NCBI GenBank assembly: GCA_964016885.1
Contig: OZ024740.1
Location: 146,072,001 to 146,136,000 of the forward strand
DNA length: 64,000 bases
Direction of reading: 5' to 3'
From: Eledone cirrhosa
Lineage: Eukaryota
This document shows positions 11,301 to 23,433 of the stretch, piece after piece (position 1 is the stretch's first letter; every line of letters begins with the position of its first letter). The notes under the pieces were generated by a model. That model worked only from the letters and a program-made list of their open reading frames with translations, did not search any database and had not been told where the DNA came from. The position numbers and the translations under genes are program-made.

Positions 11301-13464
11301 AAATGCGTAAATAACATTATAAATTGCTCGCAATTTGTTCACAGAACATTACAAATATAATGTCTAAACCGTGTATAAAGATATAATATAGTTCATTAAA
11401 CAATAATGATACAGGAAAGGGAGGGGCGAGGGGCAATTCACCCACCAAGTGCGACAATCGGCTGCACCTCACACCTTAGGGGCTAACAACACGCTTTTAG
11501 CATTACCATGGGTGACGGCGAGGCTAAGGTGCTGAAATAACCAGGCACCCTCACGGGCATCACCTGACACCTCAGAAAGGTGAGTTGCCAGTTATGACAA
11601 GAACTTCGCTGTCAGCGGCCCAACTCCACTGAACATCTCGAATGCCACAGGACCTTTATTTTGTATATCACTCTCTAATAAAGGGTCCTGTTTTAAACAT
11701 TAGACTTTTCTTCTTTCTTTTTACAAACAAGTTTATTCCACGTTTGAATATTTAATTAGAAGATGTTAGTTGTATATAGGTTGTTAAACATTTTTCAAAT
11801 GTTTTTATTTTTTCAGCAATTAAAACCAATGATTTTTGATAAATTGTTGAATATAGAATCTTCACCATAGATGCTTTAGAAATAGTAACTTTGGTGTTTC
11901 ATTATTCTGGGTTTAAATCTACTACAGCTGACACTGGCATCTCACAGTGAAGGAAAGGTTACATTATATTTTATATAAATGGAATTTATTAAATAATTCT
12001 TATGTTTATATGAATAGTTAATTAGATTTTATTTAGCTGTGAAATAAAAAGAAAAATTCTGGCTGGTTGATTTGATGTTTGTCAAATTAAAAACTAAATT
12101 ATTTTGTTTCTAAGGTTTTCTATGAGGTTCAATTTAATTATTTAATTTAGAATAATCATAAACCTTCAAAGAAATAATTTATTTTCAATCATGTATCAAT
12201 TAATTATAACAATATTTTCCTTGAAAAATTTAGTATGAAATATAAGTTATGTTGAATATATTTATTTACCTTCTGCACACTGTCCTTAACAATATTATCA
12301 GATAAAACCACCCAGCTGACAGATGTCATCATGAATCACATAGTTATGACCTTGGTAAAATCAACAGTGACAGCTCCATTGAAAAAAAAATCCTACAAAA
12401 AATCCTACAAAATCCTTATATGGCAGATGGCTTAAAACAAAATAAATACATAGGCTATGGTTCATACTATTTTGTTGGTTAATTTGTATCTAAGGCTTTG
12501 TATTCATAAATTTTCTTCTAAATATTTGCTTTGTACTTGAGGCTGTTTTAAAAACATCCTTAAATGATTGTTAATGCATTGAAAGATTCCTTCTGGTTCA
12601 ATCTTTCCTTAACATATTTTTACAATAATTTCTTGGGTCTATTCACATATTTTTTACAACTGCTTTTAAAATACTCTGATTTTTTTTAAACATTTAAACA
12701 TATTTATACTTTTTTTTTAAGTTAAGCCTTTCTTCCATTTTCATTTCTCATCAAAGCCAAATTCAACAATTTTCTTTTATCCACTTTCAGTTTTTAAATA
12801 ATTGCTACAATCTTTACCTGTTACAAGTTATAAAATTGCCAGTTTTAATAGTAAACACATGTTTACCTTTCAATCCTAGTTTATTCATCACTTAAAAGAA
12901 ATAAAATCTATAAATTCAAGTTATTTTTGTTATATTGGTTGTGATTTATGCTCTTATTTTATTAATTTCTTTGCTAACTAGCTGATTCACAGTATTTGAA
13001 ATGCCTGTAAATAGTCATCACTAAATTTTATTTTATTCAGTAAAATATACATCTATTGATCCGTCTTTTTTTTATCAACTACTTTACAATAGTATTACTT
13101 TTGTTTATTTTCTTTTGCAAAGACCTATTTGATGAAATATTTACTACTGGACAACTGTATTTATAAAATTACTGCCAAGTAGAAAAAGTTCATCTTAAAT
13201 ATAAACAAACATCATTTCAAAATACTGAATTTGCTAATGAGCCATTCCAGGTTCTGTTACTAATAAAGCTATTTCTTTCTGCAATTCAATCTGCTTTTTT
13301 TTTCATTCTATTTCAAAATTATCTTCATTATTAAAATGCAATTTTTACAGTATTTAATCTCTATTGCACATTGAAGAAAGATATGCAATAACTTAATCAT
13401 TGGATAAATTAACTAAAATTTGGCAATTGAAGCTTCCTAAACAAATGAAATGTGAAATCTTCTG

Positions 13465-13865
13465 ACAGTGGAACCAGTCATACTATGTGAACACTCACTA
13501 AGCGACTTGATAAGAAACTTGATGGAACATACGCAATAATGTTCAGAGTGGCTTTAAACGTATTCCAGAAACAACACTACAAAAAAGCAACTTTACAGTC
13601 ATCCACCTGCAATCTATCATACTATCCAAGAGAGATGAACTAGATTCATGGGACACTGCTGGAGAACAAAAGAAGAAATTGTCAGGGATGTGTTGTTATG
13701 GACACCAAAGCATGAACATTCCAATGTAGGCAGACCTCACAGAACCTACATCAAACAGCTATGTGAGGATGCTGAGTGCCTGCCACGAGCAATGGACAAC
13801 CAAGAGAGATGGTGAGAGAGAGAGAGCCATGGGGTGATTTATGGAAGCAGCACACAAAGATGATG
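13465..13865 (+). mobile_element. Degenerate RTE/RTEX-like LINE 3' fragment
   Basis: Remnant peptides KKLDGTY..MFRVALN, RFMGHCWR and VLLWTPKH..GRPHRTYIKQL. Confidence 0.6.
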
Positions 13866-13886
13866 AAATGCAAATGCTTCTTTGAT

Positions 13887-14304
13887 TCATCATCATTTTA
13901 CGTCCGCTTTTCCTTGCTTGCAAGTGAGGGACGGGAACTGATTCTGGCTGGATTTCTACAGCTGGATACCCTTCCTAACACCAACCTCATTTACAGTGAG
14001 TGCTGGGTGCTTTTTTTCCATAGCGCCTACACGTCCACTTTACAGTGTGGGCTGGGTGCTTTTTTGCCGTGGCACCTCCACGACCACTTTGTTTTGGAAT
14101 GATAGGGACCCCAGTCCTTATCATTTCACTTCTACAGCTGAGCAAACCGAAGCAATGTGAAATAAAGTGTCTTGCTCAAGGAAACAACACATCCTTGAGC
14201 AAGACACTTCATTTCACATTGTTCCAGTTCACCCAGCTGTAGAAATGAGATGATAGGGACTCGGGTCCCCATCATTCCACTGCAAAGTGGTCGTAGAGGT
14301 GCCA
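13887..14304 (-). mobile_element. CORE-like SINE with inverted partial copy (foldback)
   Basis: Minus-strand SINE at 13887-14191; 14192-14304 is the reverse complement of 14069-14182. Confidence 0.75.
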
Positions 14305-14841
14305 CAAGAGGGTGAAAGGATTGTCCTCCTCAATGTTCATGGTCAATGTTTTCCCCTGTCAATGAGCGTGTTTAGAGATACAGGAATCCATGACTGGTTG
14401 TCAAACATGAAAATAACATTGCTGTCCAGGTACATGACAACACTGCCAAACCGATAAACCTGTTTCCCTTCGTGGGACTTGCCAGGAATTGTAATGAAAA
14501 CCACATTGTGGTCAATTGATTATTTCATGTTTTTACTCTGATGCTAACTCATATGCAACTGATACTGTCAACTGCCTTATCTTGAACATAAGCAAATCTT
14601 TACCAATCCAGTGCTATCCACAAACTTCAGCAAATGTGATAACAGCTGATCCCACCAAGGGATTACTCTTTCTTGTGACATTGAAATTATTTAACAGGCA
14701 TGCCTGTGTGTTTAGGTTTGGTTTTAGGTTTCATTCCACTGCATGGCACTTTGAGCAAGTGTCTTCTACTATAACTTTGAGTTAACAAATGTATTGTGAG
14801 TAAAATTTGGTAGATGGGAACTGTGCAGAATCCAATCTTAT

Positions 14842-16542
14842 ATCATCATCATCATCATCGTTTAACGTCTATCTTCCACGCTAGCATGGGTTTAGACGGG
14901 AATTGTCCCACGTGAGGCAAGATTGGTTGTCTTGCTCGTATAGGACTGTCTGGCGGGTTTTCTACGGATGGATGCCCTTCCTAACACCAACCATGTTTAC
15001 AGTGTGGACTGGGAGGTTTTTACCGTGTTACCTACATGGCCACATTACAGCGTGGACTGTGTTTTTTTGTTGTGACACCTACACGACCTCATTTATTTAG
15101 GACTGGATGTTGTGGCACCAACATAACTTTACAGAGAAAAGGGTGGTGTAGATGGGGGTGTATTTTTGGGTAGGAGGTGCCTACTGACTGTAGGTTTCGC
15201 TTTGTACTTAGGCAAGGCGGGTCTTCTGTATTACTGCATAGCGCCAAAGATCTCGGTCCAGTGACATTGTCTTGGAGAGGTGTAAGTGTGTAAGGTCGGA
15301 ATTTATCAAATCGTCCAGGTTTTTCTGGGTCTGCCTACTCCGTAGCTTTCATCTATTTTGATCACCCTGCACTTTTTTATACAGCTGTCATCTTTCATGC
15401 GCATCATGTGACCATACCAATGTAGTCTTCTCTCGAGTAAACAACATCTGATCCCTCTTATTCCTAATTTCTTACTTAGTTCATTTATGCTTTGCCGTTC
15501 AAGTATATTACTATTACACATCCAGCAGAGCATGCAAGCTTCATTCCTCTCCAGTCTGCACAGATCCTCTGTACACAATGCCCATGTCTCACTGCCATGT
15601 AACGTTGCTGTTGGTATGCAGGCATCATATAGTCTGCCTTTCATTTTTAGGGAGAAACCTTTAGCGGCCAATAGTGGTATAAGCTCTCTGAACTTTTTCC
15701 ATCCCGTTCTGACTAGCTACTGTACTTTCAGAGCACCCTCCCCCACTGCTGATTTTGTCACCCAGGTAACGGAAGGTGTCCACTATTTCTATAGAACCAT
15801 CTGGGGAATGGAAGGAGCTAGTATCCTGTGGGCACTTGCTACTACTTATTGCACCTGAGCACCGGCCACATATAAAATCTATGTTCTTGGTTAGTTTACC
15901 TGTGATCCCACTACATCTTTTATGCACCCATACTTTGCATTTGGGACATAAAATGGAGTTTCTGCCTACTCCTTTCCTACACACTGAGCATGGTCATTTC
16001 CCAGAGTGGACCAATGCCCTATTTTTATTCCTACATAATAGAAGTTTAGTCTTAGACAAGTTAATTTTAAGGCCTTTTGATTCTAGGCCGTGCTTCCATG
16101 CTTGGAATTTCTTCTCTAGTTCAGCCATTGATTCAGCTATGAGTGTTAGATCATCTGCGTATAGAAATTCCCATGGGCAGCCGGTCTTGAACTCCTCTGT
16201 TATAGCCTCAAGGGCAATAATAAATAGGATGGGGCTAAGGACAGAACCCTGATGAACACCGACTTTTACGCTAAATTCTTCACTATATTCGTTGTTAATT
16301 CTAACCTTGCTGACTGTTTCTTTATACATGGCTTGTATAGCTCTCACAAGCCATTCATCAACACCTAGTTTTCTAAGAGCCCACCAGATAATGGAGCGGA
16401 GGACTCTGTCAAAGGCTTTCTCCAAGTCAACAAAAGCTAAGTATAGGGGTTTACTTTTAGCTAGGTACTTCTCCTGTAGTTGTTGTACAAGGAAAAGAGC
16501 ATCTGTGGTACTTTTACCTGACACAAACCCAAACTGCATTTC
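14842..16542 (-). mobile_element. 5'-truncated RTE LINE, subfamily A (RT plus PHD insert)
   Basis: ORFs 15994-16539 (YADD), 15661-15984 and 15306-15671; (GAT)n tail. Confidence 0.92.
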
Positions 16543-17139
16543 ATATATATGTGTTTTTGTTGTTTGTTTATAGCCTGTAACATAACAGTTTGATAAATAG
16601 ACTGATTAAATAAGTAGCAGGCTTGTAAAAATATGCACTGGAGTTTGATGGTACTCCAGAATGGCTGTAGTCCAGTCACTGAAACCAGTAAAGGAATAAA
16701 AGTAAAAGACTAACTTTATAAAGGATAAATCTATACAGCTTTTATGAAATAACCACAACTCTTAATGAAGTTTCTTGTTATATGACTATGAAATGTTATA
16801 GTTATTGTATTATAAGATCAAGTGTGGATCTTTAATTAATCCTCACATCAAGATAAAGCAGTTGAGATACCGGTAAAGTAAACATCATTCTAAAACTAAA
16901 AGAATTAAATTAAGGACAGAAAACTGCAAACATTTGATTATCATTATCAACTTAAAATTTAACGATGGCATAAAAAATATAAACGCTTTTAATTCTTGAT
17001 GGCACGTCTTGGGCATTTAAAACCTGGCGGAGCCCATCCCCCTTTAGGTTTGAACATTGATCTATCTCTTTCATTCTCTAAAAGAAATTGACTGATTCCA
17101 GTACTAGACTGGTTCTTTATTTATCAACCTTGAAATAAT

Positions 17140-17324
17140 TGTTTCTACTTTAGGCACAAGGCCAGCAATTACCCAGTGCGTTACTGGTACTTTATTTTAT
17201 CGACCCCGTAAGGATGAAAGGCAAAGTCAACCTCGGCGGGATTTGAACACAGATCGTAAAGGGACGTAACTATGCTGGAAAACATGGCGTCCGACCCTCT
17301 ACCGATACTGCCAATCCACCACCC
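17140..17324 (-). mobile_element. Meta-like SINE with 19-bp TSD, nested in an older related SINE
   Basis: TTATCAACCTTGAAATAAT occurs at 17121-17139 and 17325-17343. The flanks join into a Meta-like SINE (about 17095-17420). Confidence 0.85.
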
Positions 17325-17420
17325 TTATCAACCTTGAAATAATGAAAGGCAACATTGACCTAGGCAGGATTTGAACAAAACCAAGGCATTTTTAATCTCA
17401 CACTCAGCCAATTTGCCACC

Positions 17421-17623
17421 TTAACCTTCTAGCATTTACATTACTCTATATTTACTATTATATTTTTACAGTAAAGGCTTTATCTCACATATCAAATCTA
17501 TGAGATTTTGATATTATTTATTTTGAGAACAATACCTTAACGTCAGTATGAGTGGCTGGTTTGAAAAGAAAGAAGTGAAAGAATTCTGGCCGGATATGAC
17601 CGGTTTAAATGCTAAAGGGTTAA
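17421..17623 (+). mobile_element. TTAA MITE
   Basis: TIRs with TTAA at both ends. Confidence 0.85.
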
Positions 17624-17761
17624 TGCCAGTATACCACAACTACTATCAAGTAGGAGCCATCGCAGTCATAGGAGCTCAATTTTGGTTAAGCTACCATCTT
17701 GTAAATTGGTCGAATTGTTAGAACAACAAATAGAGTGCTTTGTTTATATGCTTCTACTGTA

Positions 17762-19166
17762 CATCATCATCATCATCATACGTCCGCTTTTCCCTGCTTG
17801 CAAGGGTGGGACGGCTCTTATTCAGCACAGCATCTCTCCACTCGTCACGGTCCCTCGTCATCTCCACCGTGAGCTTCAATGATCTGAGGTCTGTTCTCAC
17901 CACCTCCGCCCATGTTTTTCGTGGTCTACCTCTACCACGTCTTCCTTCAACTGGCATTTCCTGGCACTTCTTCACCCATCGGTCATCCTCCATGCGCATC
18001 ACATGTCCATACCACCTCAGTCTCCTCTCCCGTACACTACATTCTATCCCTCTCAGACACAGTTTCTCTCTCAACACATTTATGCTGGGTCGTTCACGCA
18101 CATTTACACTGCACACCCAACGGAGCATGCTTGCCTCATTTCTCTCCAGCCGTCGCATATCCTCTGCGGTTGCTGCCCATGTCTCACTACCATGCAGCAT
18201 CGCGCTCCTCACACAGGCATCATACAACCTGCCTTTCGTACGCAGGGAGAAACCCTTCTTCGTCAACAGAGGAAGCAGCTCCCTAAACTTCTTCCAACCC
18301 GTCCTTATTCTAGATACTATGGCCTCGGAACACCCTCCTCCCATGCTAATCTGATCTCCTAGGTACCGGAAGCTATCCACCACTTCTATAGCGCCCTCTC
18401 GCATTTGAAAAATGTGTCTATCAGTGCGACTTCTACTGTCTAATTTCCCTGTACATCTACTGCATACATATTTCTCCCTACCTGTTAGTTTGCCTGCTAT
18501 CCCGCTACATCTCTTGTGTACCCAGGACCTGCATTGTGTGCATTTTATAGAATTTATGCCAGTTCCTTTTCTGCATATCGAACATGGCCATTTCCCTGAC
18601 GGAATCAGGGTTTTGTCCTCTTTTCTACTCATCAACACTTTTGTCTTAGCTAGATTTACTCTCAGTCCTCTTGCTCCCAACTGCTGTTTCCATAGCCGGA
18701 ATTTATTCTCTAGCTCCTCTACTGATTCTGCTATAAGAGCCAGATCGTCAGCATAGAGAAGTTCCCATGGACAGCCAGTCTTAAACTCCTCTGTTATGGC
18801 TTGAAGGACTATAATGAACAAGAGCGGGCTGAGGACCGAACCCTGATGTACTCCTACTTGTATCTGGAATTCCTCACTAAACTCCATTCCTACACTGACT
18901 TTACTGAGAGTACCTCTGTACAAAGTTTGCACTGTCCTCACAAGCCATTCCTCAACACCTAGCTTCCTTAGGGACCACCAGATGACAGATCGGGGTACCC
19001 TATCAAAAGCCTTCTCTAGGTCAACAAAGGCTAAGTATAGTGGCTTATTCTTCTCTAAGAACCTCTCTTGCATTTGTCTCACCAAGAAGAGGGCATCTGT
19101 TGTACTCTTCCCAGGCACAAAACCAAACTGCATCTCATCTAGTTTGACCCTTTCTCTAATTAGTTT
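17762..19166 (-). mobile_element. 5'-truncated RTE LINE, subfamily B, uninterrupted RT-PHD-C-terminal frame
   Basis: ORF 17754-19133 (459 aa): DLEKAFD, GVHQGSVLSP, YADD, C4HC3 insert, FRYLG, WYGHV; runs into the (GAT)n tail. Confidence 0.93.
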
Positions 19167-19463
19167 CTCTTTATAAACTTATTTTTGCTTCTACACAATT
19201 CTATCTGCATAAAAATGGACATTTTTATAAGCTACTACAAACACTTTGTTTTTATAACACAACTGCTATTAATAAACAGGACAAATGGTACAATAAGTTT
19301 TTCAATTAATAACACAAGTGGGGTACAGAAATATATATAAAAAAGAATAAGGCCATGAGCCTCACCCACCCTTCGTTAAGAATCACTGCTCTATAGTATG
19401 TAGCACTTCTTGGTATTGTAGACTATCAACAGTTGCTCCCATCTGAAATATTTCTTATTTCAA

Positions 19464-19644
19464 CCAGCCAGAATTCTCTCACCTATTTGTTGAAACTAGC
19501 TGTAACTGGCTGCTTATACTGATGTTATGGTATTGTTCTCAAAATAAATAATATCAAAATCTCAGATTCAATATTATGTGAGATAAAGCCTTTACCGTGA
19601 AAAGATAATAGTAAATATAGAGTAATGTAAATGCTAAAGGGTTT
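19464..19644 (-). mobile_element. TTAA MITE, one end missing
   Basis: Family interior plus the TAAATGCTAAAGGG end. Confidence 0.75.
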
Positions 19645-20011
19645 ATTTAAATGACTTTAACACCTGAATAACTACCTCCAAAAGTCCTGAAGCTTACTGT
19701 CTCTTCTTATCCTTAATTTCTTTATTCTCCAAATCCCAAGTAATACAAGCAACAACTCCTTCATCAGCTCTTCTGGGGATAGGCTTTCAATTCTATTTAG
19801 CTCTTCATTCAGCTATTTCTCATAGCAATCCTTGTAAACTTTATTCATCCCCGAATGTCCTCATATTCAGGTTACATTTTTTCTTAAGAGCTAAAATAAA
19901 CATTCAGTTGTATAGATAGCCTTTGTTATATTTTTTATTTTTATCTCATGAGAATTTGGTAATTAAGAAAGCAAGTTCAGAGCCTCTATTTATAGCATGT
20001 AGAATAATACC

Positions 20012-20225
20012 TTAACCATATAGCATTTAAACCAGCCGTATCTGGCCAGAATTCTCCCACCTCTTTCTATTCAAACTGGCTGTAACCAGCTGCTCATACT
20101 TATGTTAAGGTATTGTTCTCAAAATAGATAATCAAAATCTCATAGATTTGATATTATGTGAGATAAAGTGTTTACCGTGAAAATACAATGGTAAATATAG
20201 AGTAATGTAAATGCTAAAGGGTTAA
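20012..20225 (-). mobile_element. TTAA MITE
   Basis: TIRs with TTAA at both ends. Confidence 0.85.
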
Positions 20226-23200
20226 GGTTTAGTACTGGGGCCTCATTTTACACCTTACCTAAAAAACCTAATATTCAATGTTTGTTCTCAATCAAAAGAC
20301 CTTTAAGTTTTCCATATCTCCTTCCAAAATATACAACTTAAGTATTCTATCACATATCATTATACTAACAAATGAACACATGAATACTGTCCTGACTAAA
20401 TCTAAAACAACTGGAAATAAGTTTTTCTTCCTATCACCACCACCATTTAATATCTATTTTCCATGTTTGCATGGATTAGACTGGTTAGATGACTGTCTTG
20501 TGCATACATTCACACATTGTTTTGGGTTGTTGTTTTTTATGGCTGAATGCCCTTCCTAATGCCAACCACTTTACAATGTACTGGAAGCTCTTTTTGTGAC
20601 ACCAGCACTACTATCTTACAGGGTAGAGTGGGTGCTATTTATTCTGTAAATATCATATGAGAGACTTATAATTTTCAGGCTTGTTTTAGTTATTTCTTTT
20701 CCCTCGGGACTGCAGATTTTACAGTTTGTTTCCTCGTATCCATCGGCGGCAAGTCCTGAAAATAAGAACGCAGACGGGATACATAGGAAAGCGGATCTTG
20801 TGCAGCAAGATCGACAGGGGCAAGCATTTTCCCAAGTAACGCTAGAAGAGCACCATACAATAATTCGGCCGGGGAGAACCCAAGGTCCTCCTTCATTGAT
20901 GCCCAAATCCCCAACAACACAATAGGGAGGTACTCGCTCCAATGCGTAGAGTCAGAAGAAGTCCGTAGAGCGGTTTTTAGTTGTCGGTGGAAGCGCTCCA
21001 CCATTCCATTAGATGCAGGATGATATGAAGTTGTTCGGATGCGTTTAGCGCCAATAATCTTTGTCAATTCGGAGAAGAGATTCAATTCGAACTGTCTTCC
21101 ACGGTCCGTTGTAATCATGGTTGGCACTCCAAAGCGGGCAATCCATCCTGATACTAGGACACGCGCTGTCGTTTCAGCAGTGATGTCTTTCAAGGGGATG
21201 GCTTCAGGCCATCGCGAAAAACGTTCAATAACAGTCAATAGATAAGTATGACCACCACTGACTGGCCAAGGTCACACGATGTCCACATGAATGTGCCGGA
21301 AACGGGCGTCCAGTGTACTGAAAGTACCGAGCGGAACCTTAACGTGTTTATGGATTTTCGATTTCTGGCAAGCAATGCAGGAACGGCACCAAACAGTAAT
21401 ATCGCACCTCATATTTGGCCAGAATAATCTGGCTGTTATGAGCTTTACTGTGGCAGAAGATCCTGGCTGGGAAATGCTGTGTAAAGCAAGAAACACAGTA
21501 CGACGATGGTTTAGCGGGACGAATGGTCTCGGTGAATCCACGGAAACGTTGCAGAGAATCTGTCCGTCTGCGGTGGGCAATGGCAGATATTTCAAATTAC
21601 TCGTCGCAAATTCGGCTGATGTAATATCCAACGATTCCAGTGCAGGTTGGTCTGCTGCCAAGTGATTTAAATCGATGTCGTGGGATGACGCAATCGAACT
21701 GATCGGCAATCTGATCGCCTTGTTTCTCTGAGCGAGTATTTGTCGGAGTTTGCCCTTAAAGCGAAGGTCAAAGGTTTATGGTCAGTATAGATTGTAAAAC
21801 ACCTTCCTTCGAGCATATGTGAAAAATGTTTCACGGAAAGGTAGATGGCTAACAGCTCCCAGCCAAAGGTGCTGTAGCGAGTTTCTGCAGGCTTCAATTC
21901 CAATGGTTGTTGGTGATCGTCACTACTCTGTTGTAAGACTGCACCCACTGCAGTATCCGACGCATCAACACAAAGCGAAAGCTTGGCATTGGACACTGGG
22001 TGGGCCAGCAAAGATGCACTAGCCAATGCTGATTTGGCTTTTTGAAAATCCTCGAGCTGAGTCTGAGTCTGAGTCAAAGAGATTTCCTTGTTCTTCTTGC
22101 GGCAATTTTTCAGAATCTCAGTAAGAAAAAAGAGTAGATTACACAATGCGGAACAAAACGTCTATAGAAATTTATCAGTCCTAGGAATTGTCGCAACTGA
22201 CGAGGTGAGGTCGGCGGAGGTAAATCCTCTATAGCCTGAACTCGTTGAGGGAGGAGTCGAATACCCTCGGAGTCAATGACATGACCTAAAAAATTCAGTG
22301 ATTCCGCACCGAAAACACATTTTGTGGGATCATTTGAACACTGTAATCCTTGAGTCAACAAAACAAAAGATTCAAATGACGTATGTGTTCTTCTTTGGAG
22401 GAACTAGCAATAAGCAGATCATCAATATAAGTGTAGACGAAGTCTAAACCACGAGTGACCTCATCCATGAACCGTTGAAAGGTGCGAGCAACATTCCTAA
22501 GTCCGAAAGGCATGGTAAGAAATTCGAATGATCCAAATGGAGTCGTAAGGGCCGTTTTCGGAATATCTTCTTTCTTGACAGGAATTTGATGATAGGCACG
22601 CACCAAATCAAGCTTCGAGAACATTTTACAGCCCTGCAATGACGATGCAAAATCTTGCAGGTGTGGGATAGGATATCTATCCGGGACAGTTATAGCATTT
22701 AACTTCCTATAATCCCCAGTCGGTCTCCAATCACCAGAAGTCTTGGTACCATGTGCAACGGAGAAGCCCAAGCGCTTGTAGAAGGGCGAATTATGCCAAG
22801 CTGCAGCATGTGGTCGAACTCAGACCGTGCTGCCTTCAATTTGTCCGCAGGCAAGCGACGAGGACATGAGAACACTGGGGTGCCAGTTGTAGAGATAAAA
22901 TGCTCCGTTGTGCGAGTCGGTTCGACAACTCAAAAATTTCCCTGAGTAAGCTGTGGGAAAGAATTCAACAATGCATGATAGGGATTCCCAGCATTAGCGA
23001 TGAAAAAGGTCGGGCTAACTGTTGGAAATTTAGCTTTCTGGCCATGAAGAGAAAAACCAGTAATGCCGTCTACTAGGCGTCGGCCACGGACGTCCACCGT
23101 CAATGCAAAATGGTGTAGAAAATCCGCTCCCAAGATCGGATATGGTAGGTCAGCAACCGTAAAAATCCATTTGAATTCTCGTCGAAGATTTCTGAATTGC

Positions 23201-23389
23201 AGAGGAAGCGAGATTTGTCCAAAAGTCTGTATCGGCGAATGATTGACAGCTTGTAGATTCATTGATGACTCAGGGGAGTTTCTTTAACAGTTCACTGGCC
23301 AAATGCTGCAGGAGGCTCCCGTATCTACAAGGAAAGATCTTCCAGACAGGAGGTCTTCAATAAAGAAGTGGCGGTTTGGGTATGTAGCA

Positions 23390-23433
23390 CAGAGATCAGT
23401 CGCCGCCTTCAGTGACTCTGGTCTGCGTTTCCC
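23390..23433 (-). promoter_or_regulatory. -1 ribosomal frameshift signal (G_GGA_AAC plus hairpin)
   Basis: Heptamer 23433-23427 is in the gag frame; the -1 frame reads GKRRPESLK...FLVDTGA; downstream hairpin GUCACUG aagg CGGCGAC. Confidence 0.75.
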
